Shown here: one piece after another, positions 48,294-57,333 of the stretch
Position numbering within the stretch: the first letter of the stretch is position 1
Layout: the number at the start of each line of letters is the position of its first letter
Origin: Candidatus Omnitrophota bacterium
GTDB lineage: Bacteria; Omnitrophota; Gorgyraeia; Zapsychrales; JBAZNR01
Direction of reading: 5' to 3'
Assembly (NCBI GenBank): GCA_041649175.1
Contig: JBAZNR010000001.1
Location: 71,461-135,460 of the forward strand
DNA length: 64,000 bases
Translations under genes and position numbers: made by a program
The notes under the pieces: model-generated
The model's input: only the letters and a program-made list of their open reading frames with translations
Told to the model about the DNA's origin: nothing
Database searches by the model: none

Positions 48294-49925
48294 CTACTGG
48301 GCTAGTTTTTCTAAAATAACATCCGCCAACCGATCAGCGATCAGCTGATTACCCTTACGCGTACAATGCCCAAAATCTCCGGCAAATTGATCCACAAAAT
48401 ACTCATCATAACGCCCTGTTTTTAAGGCTTTCTCAAATACTTCTTTATTTTCAACAAAGATTATATTACGTTTCTGACCTAACATTTCCTTCAACGGCAG
48501 GATATCGCGCAAAGGATACTGCATACAGATCAGTTTCACCCTACTGCGTAAAATGCGGTCGACAATGTCGAGATAATGTTTGACGGTGAATGAATTATAC
48601 GTCCGAGAAGATGTCACTTTGCTTTTTTCGGCATATTCTTTGGCTAAATCGGATTTTCCTTGTCTTTCGTAACATCGAATCAAATATTCATAAAGACGCA
48701 CATCTTTGGGATTCAGCGCGATCGCTTTTAAATAAAGGCTTTCTGCTTTCGCATATTGCTGTTCCTCCTCGTAAAGAGAACCGAGCTGTTGATAGACCCA
48801 GTGATTTTGCGGATTGATCTCAAGAGACCTCAAGAAAGCTTCTTTAGCTTGGGCGTTTTGCCCCTGAATCTTTAGCCATTGGCCCATTTCGCCGTACGCC
48901 CAAAAGTTATTTGGATCTATTTTTAGTAAATCGCGATAAACCACAATGGCCTTTTCATGATTTCCCACTTCGTTATTGCATCGGCCTAATTCAAGGCGAG
49001 CCCAAAATAATTCCGGATCAAGCGCGATCGCTTTTTCAAAGACCGTTATTGCTTGATCAAATTTTCTTTGAACCTTATAACAACGGCCCAAGCCCGCATA
49101 GGCAACCGCATCTTGCGGGCTGATCTCGATCGCTTTTTGATAAGCACTTTCAGACTGGAGGAATTCTTCACGCTCCCGATGCCAGCGCCCTAACTCTGAA
49201 TAAAGATCTCCCAGGGCAAGATTAAGCTTCTGCTCTTGTTCTTGCGCTTTCTCAACACCTGCCAAATTTCCGCGTTTTTCATAAGCCTTTTTGATCTCTT
49301 GAATTAATTGATGGTTCTTTGTTATCTGCGTTATTTGGAAACGAATGACCGCGATCTCTTTAACTGGCACAACATCTTCCGGAATGTCGGAATATTGCTT
49401 TGGCCTCGTCTTAAATCCAAATCTAATTTTATGAGATACGTGCAATGCGAGAAGCTTGGCAAGTTTATAAACACGCAGGTCTCCCGCAAGAGAACGAATT
49501 GGTGCTTTTCTGTCCTGGCCGGCAAGGCCGTCATATTTGTCATCATTGATCCCCATCATCACAATGACTGCCTGCGGTTTGTACTTGGCCAAATTGGCTT
49601 CGAGCTGCGCGGCGATATCGCCCGAGTCTTTAGCCGGAAGTCCCTTATTGATAATTTTAAATTTAATTTTTCTGCTTCTTTCATTGAGAGTTTCTTCAAG
49701 CAAAAAAGGATAGGCATATTCTCCGCCTAAGGCTGTTGTTGATTCTCCTAAGCATAAAATACGATATTCGCTGTCACCTTGAAGAGAAATCTTATTTGAC
49801 CGCTCCTGCAGATAAAAGAATGCCGCGCCGCTTAAGCGCAATCCTGACTCCAAAAGAATAACGGATAAAGCTAGGCCTAAAAAAATGAGGGATATTTTCT
49901 GGATCAATGTTGTTTTCATGATCAT
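48294..49925 (-). CDS. membrane-anchored SGNH/GDSL-family hydrolase interrupted by a TPR-repeat domain (paralogue 1)
   Basis: N-terminal TM anchor; block I ILCLGESTT (Ser nucleophile); block III MMGINDD; about 280 aa of TPR repeats (AYAGLGRCY, WARLELGRC, WAYGEMGQW, WVYQQLGSLY...); C-terminal block V DFGHCT (DxxH). Confidence 0.7.
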   Translation of the reverse strand: MIMKTTLIQKISLIFLGLALSVILLESGLRLSGAAFFYLQERSNKISLQGDSEYRILCLGESTTALGGEYAYPFLLEETLNERSRKIKFKIINKGLPAKDSGDIAAQLEANLAKYKPQAVIVMMGINDDKYDGLAGQDRKAPIRSLAGDLRVYKLAKLLALHVSHKIRFGFKTRPKQYSDIPEDVVPVKEIAVIRFQITQITKNHQLIQEIKKAYEKRGNLAGVEKAQEQEQKLNLALGDLYSELGRWHREREEFLQSESAYQKAIEISPQDAVAYAGLGRCYKVQRKFDQAITVFEKAIALDPELFWARLELGRCNNEVGNHEKAIVVYRDLLKIDPNNFWAYGEMGQWLKIQGQNAQAKEAFLRSLEINPQNHWVYQQLGSLYEEEQQYAKAESLYLKAIALNPKDVRLYEYLIRCYERQGKSDLAKEYAEKSKVTSSRTYNSFTVKHYLDIVDRILRSRVKLICMQYPLRDILPLKEMLGQKRNIIFVENKEVFEKALKTGRYDEYFVDQFAGDFGHCTRKGNQLIADRLADVILEKLAQ

Positions 49926-49939
49926 AAAAGCGCTTTAAC

Positions 49940-51559
49940 TTATTTAATATTTTTTAGTATGGCTTTAGAAATATTTTCAGCCAATAATTTATTTCCCTGG
50001 GCCGTGCAATGGCCAAAATCACCGGCAAAACGATCGTAGAAATACTGGTCATATCCGTTTTTGTTAACAGCGTCCTGAAAAACTGCCCGATTATCAACAA
50101 AAATAATTCCCGTGGAAGATAGATCTTTTCTCAATAGCGCAATATCGCGCAAAGGATACTGAGCGCAGATAAGCTTTATTCCTTTTTTAAGGACAATTTC
50201 TTTTAATTGTTGGTAGTTGGACATCGTTGGAGAATCATGTTTGACCAGCCTTTTCTGCCGTAAATTGATCAATTGGTTTGCCAAATCTTTCTTTCCCTGA
50301 GACTCATAATAGGAAGCCAGCCGCGCATAGATATCGGCCGACGAACCGGAAAACTGCCCGGACGTTAACCTCAAAAAAAGATCCTGAAAAACTTTTTGCG
50401 CTTCTTCCGGTTTATTATTTTCCTGCAAAATAAAACCTAGTTCCAAAATCCAGACCGGAACCTGTACAGATTCGGGATTAGCATCAATGGCTTTTTTAAA
50501 TAAATCCTCCAGGAGATCTTCTTTGGCGTTTTTCCGATAACAATAGGCTATCTTGCCGTAAACCCAAACATTTTCAGGATTAGTTTCCAGTTGTTTTTGG
50601 TACATCAGTTCTGCTTCATGATATCTTTGCTGTTCTAAATAAACATCGGCCAAATTACCGTAAATCTCTAAATTATCCGGAACAACAGCCAAGATCCGCT
50701 TATAAAGATTTTCGGCTTGAGAATATTTCGCCTGCATTTTATAGCAGTTTGCTAATTGATACGTTGCCACGAACTGATGTTCATCCGAGAGCTTTCCCAA
50801 TTCGATGACTTTTTTAAACGCGTCTTCACCTTTTTTGTAATCCGCCCATTCACGATAATAAAGGCCTAAATAAAAGTAGGCTTGCGCATTATTGCCATCC
50901 AGCTCGATTGCTCTTAAATAAGCTTCTTTCTCCTTGTCGAACTTTTGGACCATTTTATACATACGCCCTAATTCCATGTATTTTTCTGATGATGGAGACA
51001 GAGAGATCTTTTTTTCAAAATCTTTGACTTTTCTCTCCAATGTTTCCATAATCAATTCCTCTTTTTTGTGCTCCGCATGAGACCAGATCAACCTAGCCAA
51101 CTTATAAACCTTCAATCCATCCAAGAAAGACCTCTGCAGATTTTTCTCTTGAGCTTTAAATCGCAAGGTATCCGAAGAGTCATTAATGCCCATCATCGTA
51201 ACGATCATCTTTGGATGATATTCGTCGATCCAGGTTTCCAAATACGAAACGATATCGTATGTATTCATCGCCGGGACACCTTTATTGATAACGGAAAAAC
51301 GAACGGAAGGATTTTTGGCATTGAGGATTTCTTCTAATTGCCGAGGATACGCGTGCGCGCCGCCCAAAGCCGTGGTAGATTCTCCCAGACAAAGGATCCG
51401 GTATTCTCCGTTGCCGCAGGCAGAAGCACGGTTAAGGCTTTCCTGAAAGAACAGAAAAGCAAATCCGCCGATCCTTAAAGCTATTTCAAGGAAAGCAATA
51501 GCTAAGAAAAGGCCGAAACATATAAGGAATAACTTTTGTCTTAAAGTAGTTTGAGGCAT
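49940..51559 (-). CDS. membrane-anchored SGNH/GDSL-family hydrolase interrupted by a TPR-repeat domain (paralogue 2)
   Basis: Same architecture: YRILCLGESTTALGG, MMGINDS, central TPR repeats, FAGDFGHCTAQGN. The catalytic segments are about 55% identical to paralogue 1. Confidence 0.7.
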   Translation of the reverse strand: MPQTTLRQKLFLICFGLFLAIAFLEIALRIGGFAFLFFQESLNRASACGNGEYRILCLGESTTALGGAHAYPRQLEEILNAKNPSVRFSVINKGVPAMNTYDIVSYLETWIDEYHPKMIVTMMGINDSSDTLRFKAQEKNLQRSFLDGLKVYKLARLIWSHAEHKKEELIMETLERKVKDFEKKISLSPSSEKYMELGRMYKMVQKFDKEKEAYLRAIELDGNNAQAYFYLGLYYREWADYKKGEDAFKKVIELGKLSDEHQFVATYQLANCYKMQAKYSQAENLYKRILAVVPDNLEIYGNLADVYLEQQRYHEAELMYQKQLETNPENVWVYGKIAYCYRKNAKEDLLEDLFKKAIDANPESVQVPVWILELGFILQENNKPEEAQKVFQDLFLRLTSGQFSGSSADIYARLASYYESQGKKDLANQLINLRQKRLVKHDSPTMSNYQQLKEIVLKKGIKLICAQYPLRDIALLRKDLSSTGIIFVDNRAVFQDAVNKNGYDQYFYDRFAGDFGHCTAQGNKLLAENISKAILKNIK

Positions 51560-51579
51560 TTAAACTGTGGGATGCTTTT

Positions 51580-52536
51580 CTAAGCTAACGGCCGGCTGTG
51601 ATCTTTAAACCACTGTACCGTTTCTTTTATTCCGTCTTCCAGACCGATCTTGGGTTGCCAACCAAGTTTTGTTTTCGCCAGGGCAATGTCCGGCCGACGC
51701 TGCTTGGGATCATCGATAGGAAGCGGTTTATAAACGATCTTGGCTTTAGCCTTAGAAAACTTTACTATCAGTTTGGCAAATTCTAAAATAGTAAACTCGT
51801 TAGGATTACCGATATTAACTGGGCCGGGAAGTTTAGAAAACAAAAGCCGAGTGATCCCTTCAACCAAGTCAGAGACATAACAAAACGACCTGGTTTGCTT
51901 ACCATTGCCATAAACAGTTAGCGGCTTGTTGTGCAACATTTGGTATATAAAATTCGGGACAACACGTCCGTCAAGCATACGCATGCGAGGGCCATAGGTA
52001 TTAAAGATCCGGACGATCTTAGTATCGATTTTGTGAACGCGCCGATATGCCATGGTAATGGCTTCGGCAAACCGCTTGGCTTCATCATAAACTCCGCGCG
52101 GGCCGATGGGATTAACGTGTCCCCAGTAAGTCTCTTTTTGCGGATGAACCAGCGGATCGCCATAAACCTCTGACGTCGACGCTAAAAGGAACTTTGCTTT
52201 CTTCGCTTTTGCCAGCCCTAATGCATTATGTGTCCCTAACGCGCCAACCTTAAGTGTTGGGATAGGAAAATTGAGATAGTCAACCGGGCTTGCCGGTGAC
52301 GCAAAATGCAGGACATAATGAACAGCTCCCTCGATATGAAGAGGCTTTGAAACATCATGATGAACAAATTCAAAGCTCTTGTTATCCAACAGATGTTTAA
52401 TATTGTCCTTGGAACCGGTGATCAAATTATCAACGCACAAGACCTTAAATCCGGATGAAATAAAACGGTCGCATAAATGACTTCCTAAAAATCCCGCCCC
52501 GCCGGTGATCAATATCGTTTTTTTCTGTTTTGACAT
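51580..52536 (-). CDS. UDP-glucuronate decarboxylase (UDP-xylose synthase, UXS/ArnA-C-like)
   Basis: [20 protein letters not shown]...[16 protein letters not shown]...YDEAKRFAE is the UXS signature. Confidence 0.85.
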   Translation of the reverse strand: MSKQKKTILITGGAGFLGSHLCDRFISSGFKVLCVDNLITGSKDNIKHLLDNKSFEFVHHDVSKPLHIEGAVHYVLHFASPASPVDYLNFPIPTLKVGALGTHNALGLAKAKKAKFLLASTSEVYGDPLVHPQKETYWGHVNPIGPRGVYDEAKRFAEAITMAYRRVHKIDTKIVRIFNTYGPRMRMLDGRVVPNFIYQMLHNKPLTVYGNGKQTRSFCYVSDLVEGITRLLFSKLPGPVNIGNPNEFTILEFAKLIVKFSKAKAKIVYKPLPIDDPKQRRPDIALAKTKLGWQPKIGLEDGIKETVQWFKDHSRPLA

Positions 52537-52553
52537 TTATTTTCGCCTTTTGA

Positions 52554-53855
52554 TTAAAATTTAATGATTTTAGAACTTTTTTCTTTTTGATAAATATTTC
52601 GGATATCAAAGATATTCTTGGAACACTTTAAGATCAAAGAGTAATCAACGCCATCATGATCAACGGCAATAACAACACAATCAAATTGAGATAAGGTATC
52701 TTTGTTCAAAATGACCGATCTCAGGTCGATCGTCCCAATTTTTAAATACGGAACAATGGGGTCAAAATATTTCACGTTGCACTTTGCCTTCTGCAGAAGT
52801 TCAATGAGGGTCAGCGGCGGAGATTTCCGCAAGTCTTTTACGTTCTTTTTATAAGTAGCGCCCACAACCAAAACCTTAGATTTATTTAAAGCTTTCCCCT
52901 GCTTTCGAAGGATATCCTCAATTCGATGCAAAGCAAAAAGCGGCATATGGGAATTAATGTCAGCGGCAAGTTTTATGAATTTAGATGAAAATCCATGCAG
53001 TTTAGCTTTCCAATACAAATAGATCGGATCATCGGGAATACAGTGCCCTCCGACGCCCAAACCCGGATAAAACGGCATAAAACCAAACGGCTTTGTTTTC
53101 GCCGCATCAATCACTTCCCAAATATCAATACCAAGCTTATGGCACATCATAGCGATCTCATTGATCCAGCCGACATTAACAATGCGAAAAGAATTTTCCA
53201 AAAGCTTGGTCATTTCTGCCGCGCGTGCCGATGAGACTGAATGCACATTTCTAATAATTTGGCGGTATAACGCTTGCGCCAGTTCGCCGGAGACACTGCT
53301 TAAGCCCCCAACGATCTTCGGAATGCGCGTTACCGGATATTTCTTATTGCCGGGATCAATGCGCTCCGGAGAAAACGCCAAAAAGAAATCCCGCTCGGCC
53401 TTGAGCCCGCTTTTTTCTAATTCAGGACAGATAAGCTCTTCGGTCGTTCCGGGATAGGTTGTACTTTCCAGAACGATCAGCATATCTTTTCTTAAAAACT
53501 GCCGAATAGTGCGCACGGCTTTTAAAATGAAAGAAATATCCGGCGTATATTTACGCTTTAACGGCGTGGGAACACAAATAATGATAACATCCGAAGATGC
53601 CAAAAGACGAAAATCATTAGAGGGTTTAAATCGATTTTTTGCGATCAACTTTGATACAAGCGTCGACGGAATATCTAAGATATAGCTCTTTTTTTCTTGA
53701 AGCCTTTTGACACGGTCATGATCGCTGTCTAAGCCAAAAACTTTAAAACCGGCTTTGGCAAAATTAACCGCCAAAGGGAGCCCCACATAACCTAATCCCA
53801 CAATCGCGATATTAGCTTTTTTATGCTGAATTTTTTCGAGCAAGATTTTACTCAT
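52554..53855 (-). CDS. nucleotide-sugar dehydrogenase (UDP-glucose/GDP-mannose dehydrogenase family; WbpA/TuaD-like)
   Basis: IAIVGLGYVGLPLAVNFAKAGFKV Rossmann N-terminus; central catalytic Cys region GGHCIPDDP. Confidence 0.8.
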   Translation of the reverse strand: MSKILLEKIQHKKANIAIVGLGYVGLPLAVNFAKAGFKVFGLDSDHDRVKRLQEKKSYILDIPSTLVSKLIAKNRFKPSNDFRLLASSDVIIICVPTPLKRKYTPDISFILKAVRTIRQFLRKDMLIVLESTTYPGTTEELICPELEKSGLKAERDFFLAFSPERIDPGNKKYPVTRIPKIVGGLSSVSGELAQALYRQIIRNVHSVSSARAAEMTKLLENSFRIVNVGWINEIAMMCHKLGIDIWEVIDAAKTKPFGFMPFYPGLGVGGHCIPDDPIYLYWKAKLHGFSSKFIKLAADINSHMPLFALHRIEDILRKQGKALNKSKVLVVGATYKKNVKDLRKSPPLTLIELLQKAKCNVKYFDPIVPYLKIGTIDLRSVILNKDTLSQFDCVVIAVDHDGVDYSLILKCSKNIFDIRNIYQKEKSSKIIKF

Positions 53856-53870
53856 ATCATTTCCTCAGAT

Positions 53871-54830
53871 TTAGCGACTGTTTCTTTTCTTCCACCACGA
53901 TTGATTTTCACCATACCACGAAATTGTTCGGCCTAAACCCTCAACAAAAGAAATCTTTGGGCTAAATCCAAGTTTACGGATCTTGGCGCAATTGATCGCG
54001 TAACGAAAATCATGCCCCGGTCGATCTTGAACATGCTGGATCATAGATATAGGCTTTTTCATGGCCCGTAAAATAGCCTTGGTCAGAAAAGCATTCGTTA
54101 AATAATTTTCTGCGGCAATATTGTAAATTTCGCCGATTGTTCCCTTGCGCAAGGCTAAGTCGATCGCCCGGCAATTATCTTCCACATAGATCCAATCACG
54201 GATATTTGATCCATCCGCATAAAGAGGAACTTTCTTCCCTTTTAATAAACGGGTAATAAAAAGCGGAATTACTTTTTCCGGATATTGATTAGGCCCAAAA
54301 TTATTGGAACTGCGCGTAATAATAACCGGCAAGCCATACGTTGTAAAATATGACTTAACGAGGAGGTCGGCTGAGGCTTTGCTGGCTGAATAAGGACTGC
54401 TGGGAGAAAGCGAATCTTCTTCTTTGAAAAACCCTTTTCGCCTGCTGCCGTAAACCTCATCGGTACTCACATGTACAAAACGCTTGATCTTTTCCTTCCG
54501 GGCCGCTTCTAAAAGAACATGTGTTCCCAAAATATTTGTCTCGATAAAATTGTTCGCATTTTTTATAGACCGGTCGACATGCGTCTCGGCGGCAAAATGG
54601 ACAACACTGTCACATCCGGCCATTGCCTTTTTAACTTGCTGGGCGTTTCTGACATCTCCTTTGATAAAACGATAATTCTTTAACGATGAAACTTCTTTGA
54701 GATTATCTCGTCCGCCAGCATACGTCAACAGGTCAAAGTTAATAACCTTGCCATTGGGATGAGCCTTAACAAGAAGCTTGATGAAATGAGAGCCAATAAA
54801 CCCTGCGCCGCCGGTAACAAAAATCTTCAT
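53871..54830 (-). CDS. rfbB: dTDP-glucose 4,6-dehydratase
   Basis: MKIFVTGGAGFIGSHFIKLL...VSTDEVYG...YSASKASAD. Confidence 0.85.
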   Translation of the reverse strand: MKIFVTGGAGFIGSHFIKLLVKAHPNGKVINFDLLTYAGGRDNLKEVSSLKNYRFIKGDVRNAQQVKKAMAGCDSVVHFAAETHVDRSIKNANNFIETNILGTHVLLEAARKEKIKRFVHVSTDEVYGSRRKGFFKEEDSLSPSSPYSASKASADLLVKSYFTTYGLPVIITRSSNNFGPNQYPEKVIPLFITRLLKGKKVPLYADGSNIRDWIYVEDNCRAIDLALRKGTIGEIYNIAAENYLTNAFLTKAILRAMKKPISMIQHVQDRPGHDFRYAINCAKIRKLGFSPKISFVEGLGRTISWYGENQSWWKKRNSR

Positions 54831-54837
54831 AGGTAAA

Positions 54838-55572
54838 TCACAGATTGGGATTTTGGGGAAATTTCTTCGCCATCAGGCGATTGGCGCGATAAAGTGATGC
54901 AAACGTGCCGCAATCCGTCCAATTGCCCTCTAAGATATTAAACCGAAGCTCATTTTTCTTAAGATACATATTATTGACATCTGTGATTTCTAATTCACCG
55001 CGCTTAGAAGGCTTCAATTTTCGAATAAAATTAAAAACTAAGCTGTCATACATATAAATACCGGTCACGATATAATCCGAGGGAGGATTTTTCGGCTTTT
55101 CGACAATGGCGGTAATTTTATCGCCGTTGAAGCGCACAACACCAAAACGCTTAGGATCAGGAACCTTTTTAACTAAGATCCGAGCACCTGTTTTTTGCTT
55201 AGAAAATTCTTTCACGTAAGGCCGAATGGAAACATCAATAACATTATCTCCTAGCATAACAACAAACCGGTCTTTGCCGATGAAGTTCTCCGCCAAGCGA
55301 AGCGCATCGGCAATGCCGCCTTCACCTTGTTGATAGGCATAATGAATGTCATGAATACCGAATTCTTCTCCGTTACCTAAAAGCTTTAAGAAATCCCCCG
55401 CATTATTGCCGCCGGTAACGATCAAAATCTTTGTGATCCCGGCGTCAACAAGTGTTCGAATGGGATAATAGATCATCGGTTGATTATAAACAGGCAAAAG
55501 ATGCTTGTTAGTAACTCGCGTGAGCGGTTCCAACCGCGTTCCCAAGCCACCGGCTAAAATAACACCTTTCAT
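54838..55572 (-). CDS. rfbA: glucose-1-phosphate thymidylyltransferase-like nucleotidyltransferase (short form)
   Basis: MKGVILAGGLGTRLEPLTRVTNKHLLPVYNQPMIYYPI. Confidence 0.75.
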   Translation of the reverse strand: MKGVILAGGLGTRLEPLTRVTNKHLLPVYNQPMIYYPIRTLVDAGITKILIVTGGNNAGDFLKLLGNGEEFGIHDIHYAYQQGEGGIADALRLAENFIGKDRFVVMLGDNVIDVSIRPYVKEFSKQKTGARILVKKVPDPKRFGVVRFNGDKITAIVEKPKNPPSDYIVTGIYMYDSLVFNFIRKLKPSKRGELEITDVNNMYLKKNELRFNILEGNWTDCGTFASLYRANRLMAKKFPQNPNL

Positions 55573-55575
55573 AAA

Positions 55576-56025
55576 TTAGTCCTTATTCCAATCATAAGAA
55601 ATATTCGCATCAAAGGCATCAGCTCTAAATTCGTCGGGATTTTGATGATCATACGCTTTAGTAACGGTATTAATGACCATGGCTTCAGTCTTGCTGACAC
55701 ATTTAAATCCATGGTAAACCATTTTAGGGATGTGAACTAACTTGGGCTCGTCCAAGCTCAAGTAAAACTCATTTACTTCACCCTTGGTAGGAGAATTTTC
55801 TCGCGGGTCATAAAGGGCAACTTTGACTTTTCCCAGAATACAAACAAAGTTGTCGTCTTGGTAGCGATGATAGTGCCAAGCCTTGATAACGCCCGGAAAA
55901 GCCGTGGTAAAATAAACCTGGCCGAAAGATTCTAGAAGATTATCGTCGCAACGAAGCATTTCCATTAATCGACCGCGTTGATCAGCAATGATCTTGAGCG
56001 ATTTAATGCTGACACCTTTGATCAT
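55576..56025 (-). CDS. cupin-fold dTDP-4-keto-6-deoxyhexose epimerase/isomerase (RmlC/FdtA-like)
   Basis: 149 aa; FGQVYFTTAFPGVIKAWHYHRYQDDNFVCILGKVKVALYD. Shorter than canonical RmlC, and no RmlD is present in the window. Confidence 0.6.
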   Translation of the reverse strand: MIKGVSIKSLKIIADQRGRLMEMLRCDDNLLESFGQVYFTTAFPGVIKAWHYHRYQDDNFVCILGKVKVALYDPRENSPTKGEVNEFYLSLDEPKLVHIPKMVYHGFKCVSKTEAMVINTVTKAYDHQNPDEFRADAFDANISYDWNKD

Positions 56026-57329
56026 ACTCCCCCTCGCCCTACGCCAAAATATTCAAATCCCGCTTTTTGAGCCGCTTCTTTATTTAAGAAATTCCTTCCG
56101 TCAAAAATAACAGGCTGTTTGACAGCCCTTTTCAATTTTCCATAATCTATTCTTTTAAATTCACTCCATTCGGTCAAAAGCAAAAGACAATCACAACCAT
56201 CGGCTGTTTTGTAAACATCCTTGCAGAAAGAAACGCCTTTTAAAACTTCTTTTGCTTTTTCGACCGCTTGAGGGTCATAAGCTTTTATCTTCGCCCCTTC
56301 TGCCTGCAAAACCTCAATGATCTCCACCGAAGAGGCATTGCGCATATCATCTGTTTCCGGCTTAAAAGCTAACCCTAAAACGCCGATGGTCTTTCCTTTT
56401 AAGATCCATAATTTGTCTTCGATCAATTTAAGAAAAGATCTCTTTTGCTCAGCATTGACTTCGCGGACAGCCTTTAGGATCGTAAAATCATAGCCGCTTT
56501 TTTCGCTTAGACGGATAAAGGCGTCCACATCTTTAGGAAAACAGCTTCCACCAAAACCGATACCGGCATTTAGAAATTCCCGGCCGATCCTTTTATCATA
56601 GCCCATGCCTTCAGCTACTTTTAAAACATCCGCTCCAACCCGGTCGCAAATTTGCCCTACCGCGTTAATAAAAGAAATCTTTGTCGCCAGGAAAGAATTT
56701 GAGGCGTGTTTGATCATTTCCGCCGAATTGATATCCGTGACGATAACATGAGCGCTTTTAAGGGGTTTGTAAATATCTCGCAAAATTGATTCTGCTCTTT
56801 GAGATTCAACGCCGATAACGATCCGATCAGGGTTCATAAAATCATGGACCGCGGATCCTTCGCGCAAGAATTCGGGATTGGAAGCGACGTCAAATCCGTA
56901 AATATTTTTTTTAGGCATATTGAGGCGAATGGTGCGCTCAATGCGCTTTCCGGTGGCCGCCGGAACAGTGGATTTCTCAACGACAAGCTTATAACTATCC
57001 ATACTACGCGCGATTTCCCGAGCGACATTTTCGACATAGGTTAAGTCGGCATCGCCATTTTCCTTGGAAGGAGTCCCCACCGCAATAAAAATAACCGTGG
57101 AACGCTTGGCGGCCTCGGCAATTGATGAATTAAAACTTAAGCGCTTACGTTCAACATTACGTTTTAAAAGCTCTTCTAATCCTGGCTCAAAAATCGGCAT
57201 TTTAAGCTTTTTGAGCGAAGCAATCTTTTCGCGGTCATTATCCACGCAAATAACTTTATGCCCTATCTCCGCCAAGCAAACTCCGGTCACCAGGCCAACA
57301 TATCCTGAACCAACAATAGCAATATTCAC
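56022..57329 (-). CDS. ugd: UDP-glucose 6-dehydrogenase (GTG start)
   Basis: GTG-AAT-ATT-GCT (VNIAIVGSGYVGLV) preceded by AGGAGA at 7 nt. The ATG-initiated ORF to 57389 would overlap lptD. Confidence 0.85.
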   Translation of the reverse strand: MNIAIVGSGYVGLVTGVCLAEIGHKVICVDNDREKIASLKKLKMPIFEPGLEELLKRNVERKRLSFNSSIAEAAKRSTVIFIAVGTPSKENGDADLTYVENVAREIARSMDSYKLVVEKSTVPAATGKRIERTIRLNMPKKNIYGFDVASNPEFLREGSAVHDFMNPDRIVIGVESQRAESILRDIYKPLKSAHVIVTDINSAEMIKHASNSFLATKISFINAVGQICDRVGADVLKVAEGMGYDKRIGREFLNAGIGFGGSCFPKDVDAFIRLSEKSGYDFTILKAVREVNAEQKRSFLKLIEDKLWILKGKTIGVLGLAFKPETDDMRNASSVEIIEVLQAEGAKIKAYDPQAVEKAKEVLKGVSFCKDVYKTADGCDCLLLLTEWSEFKRIDYGKLKRAVKQPVIFDGRNFLNKEAAQKAGFEYFGVGRGGV

Positions 57330-57333
57330 GTTT

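Noticed and set aside
49308-49730. 140-aa plus-strand ORF (also 62670-63164, 37262-37579 and 10897-11232 on the plus strand)
   Set aside because: These are antisense to well-supported conserved minus-strand genes, have no RBS and show low-complexity translations. They are typical shadow ORFs.
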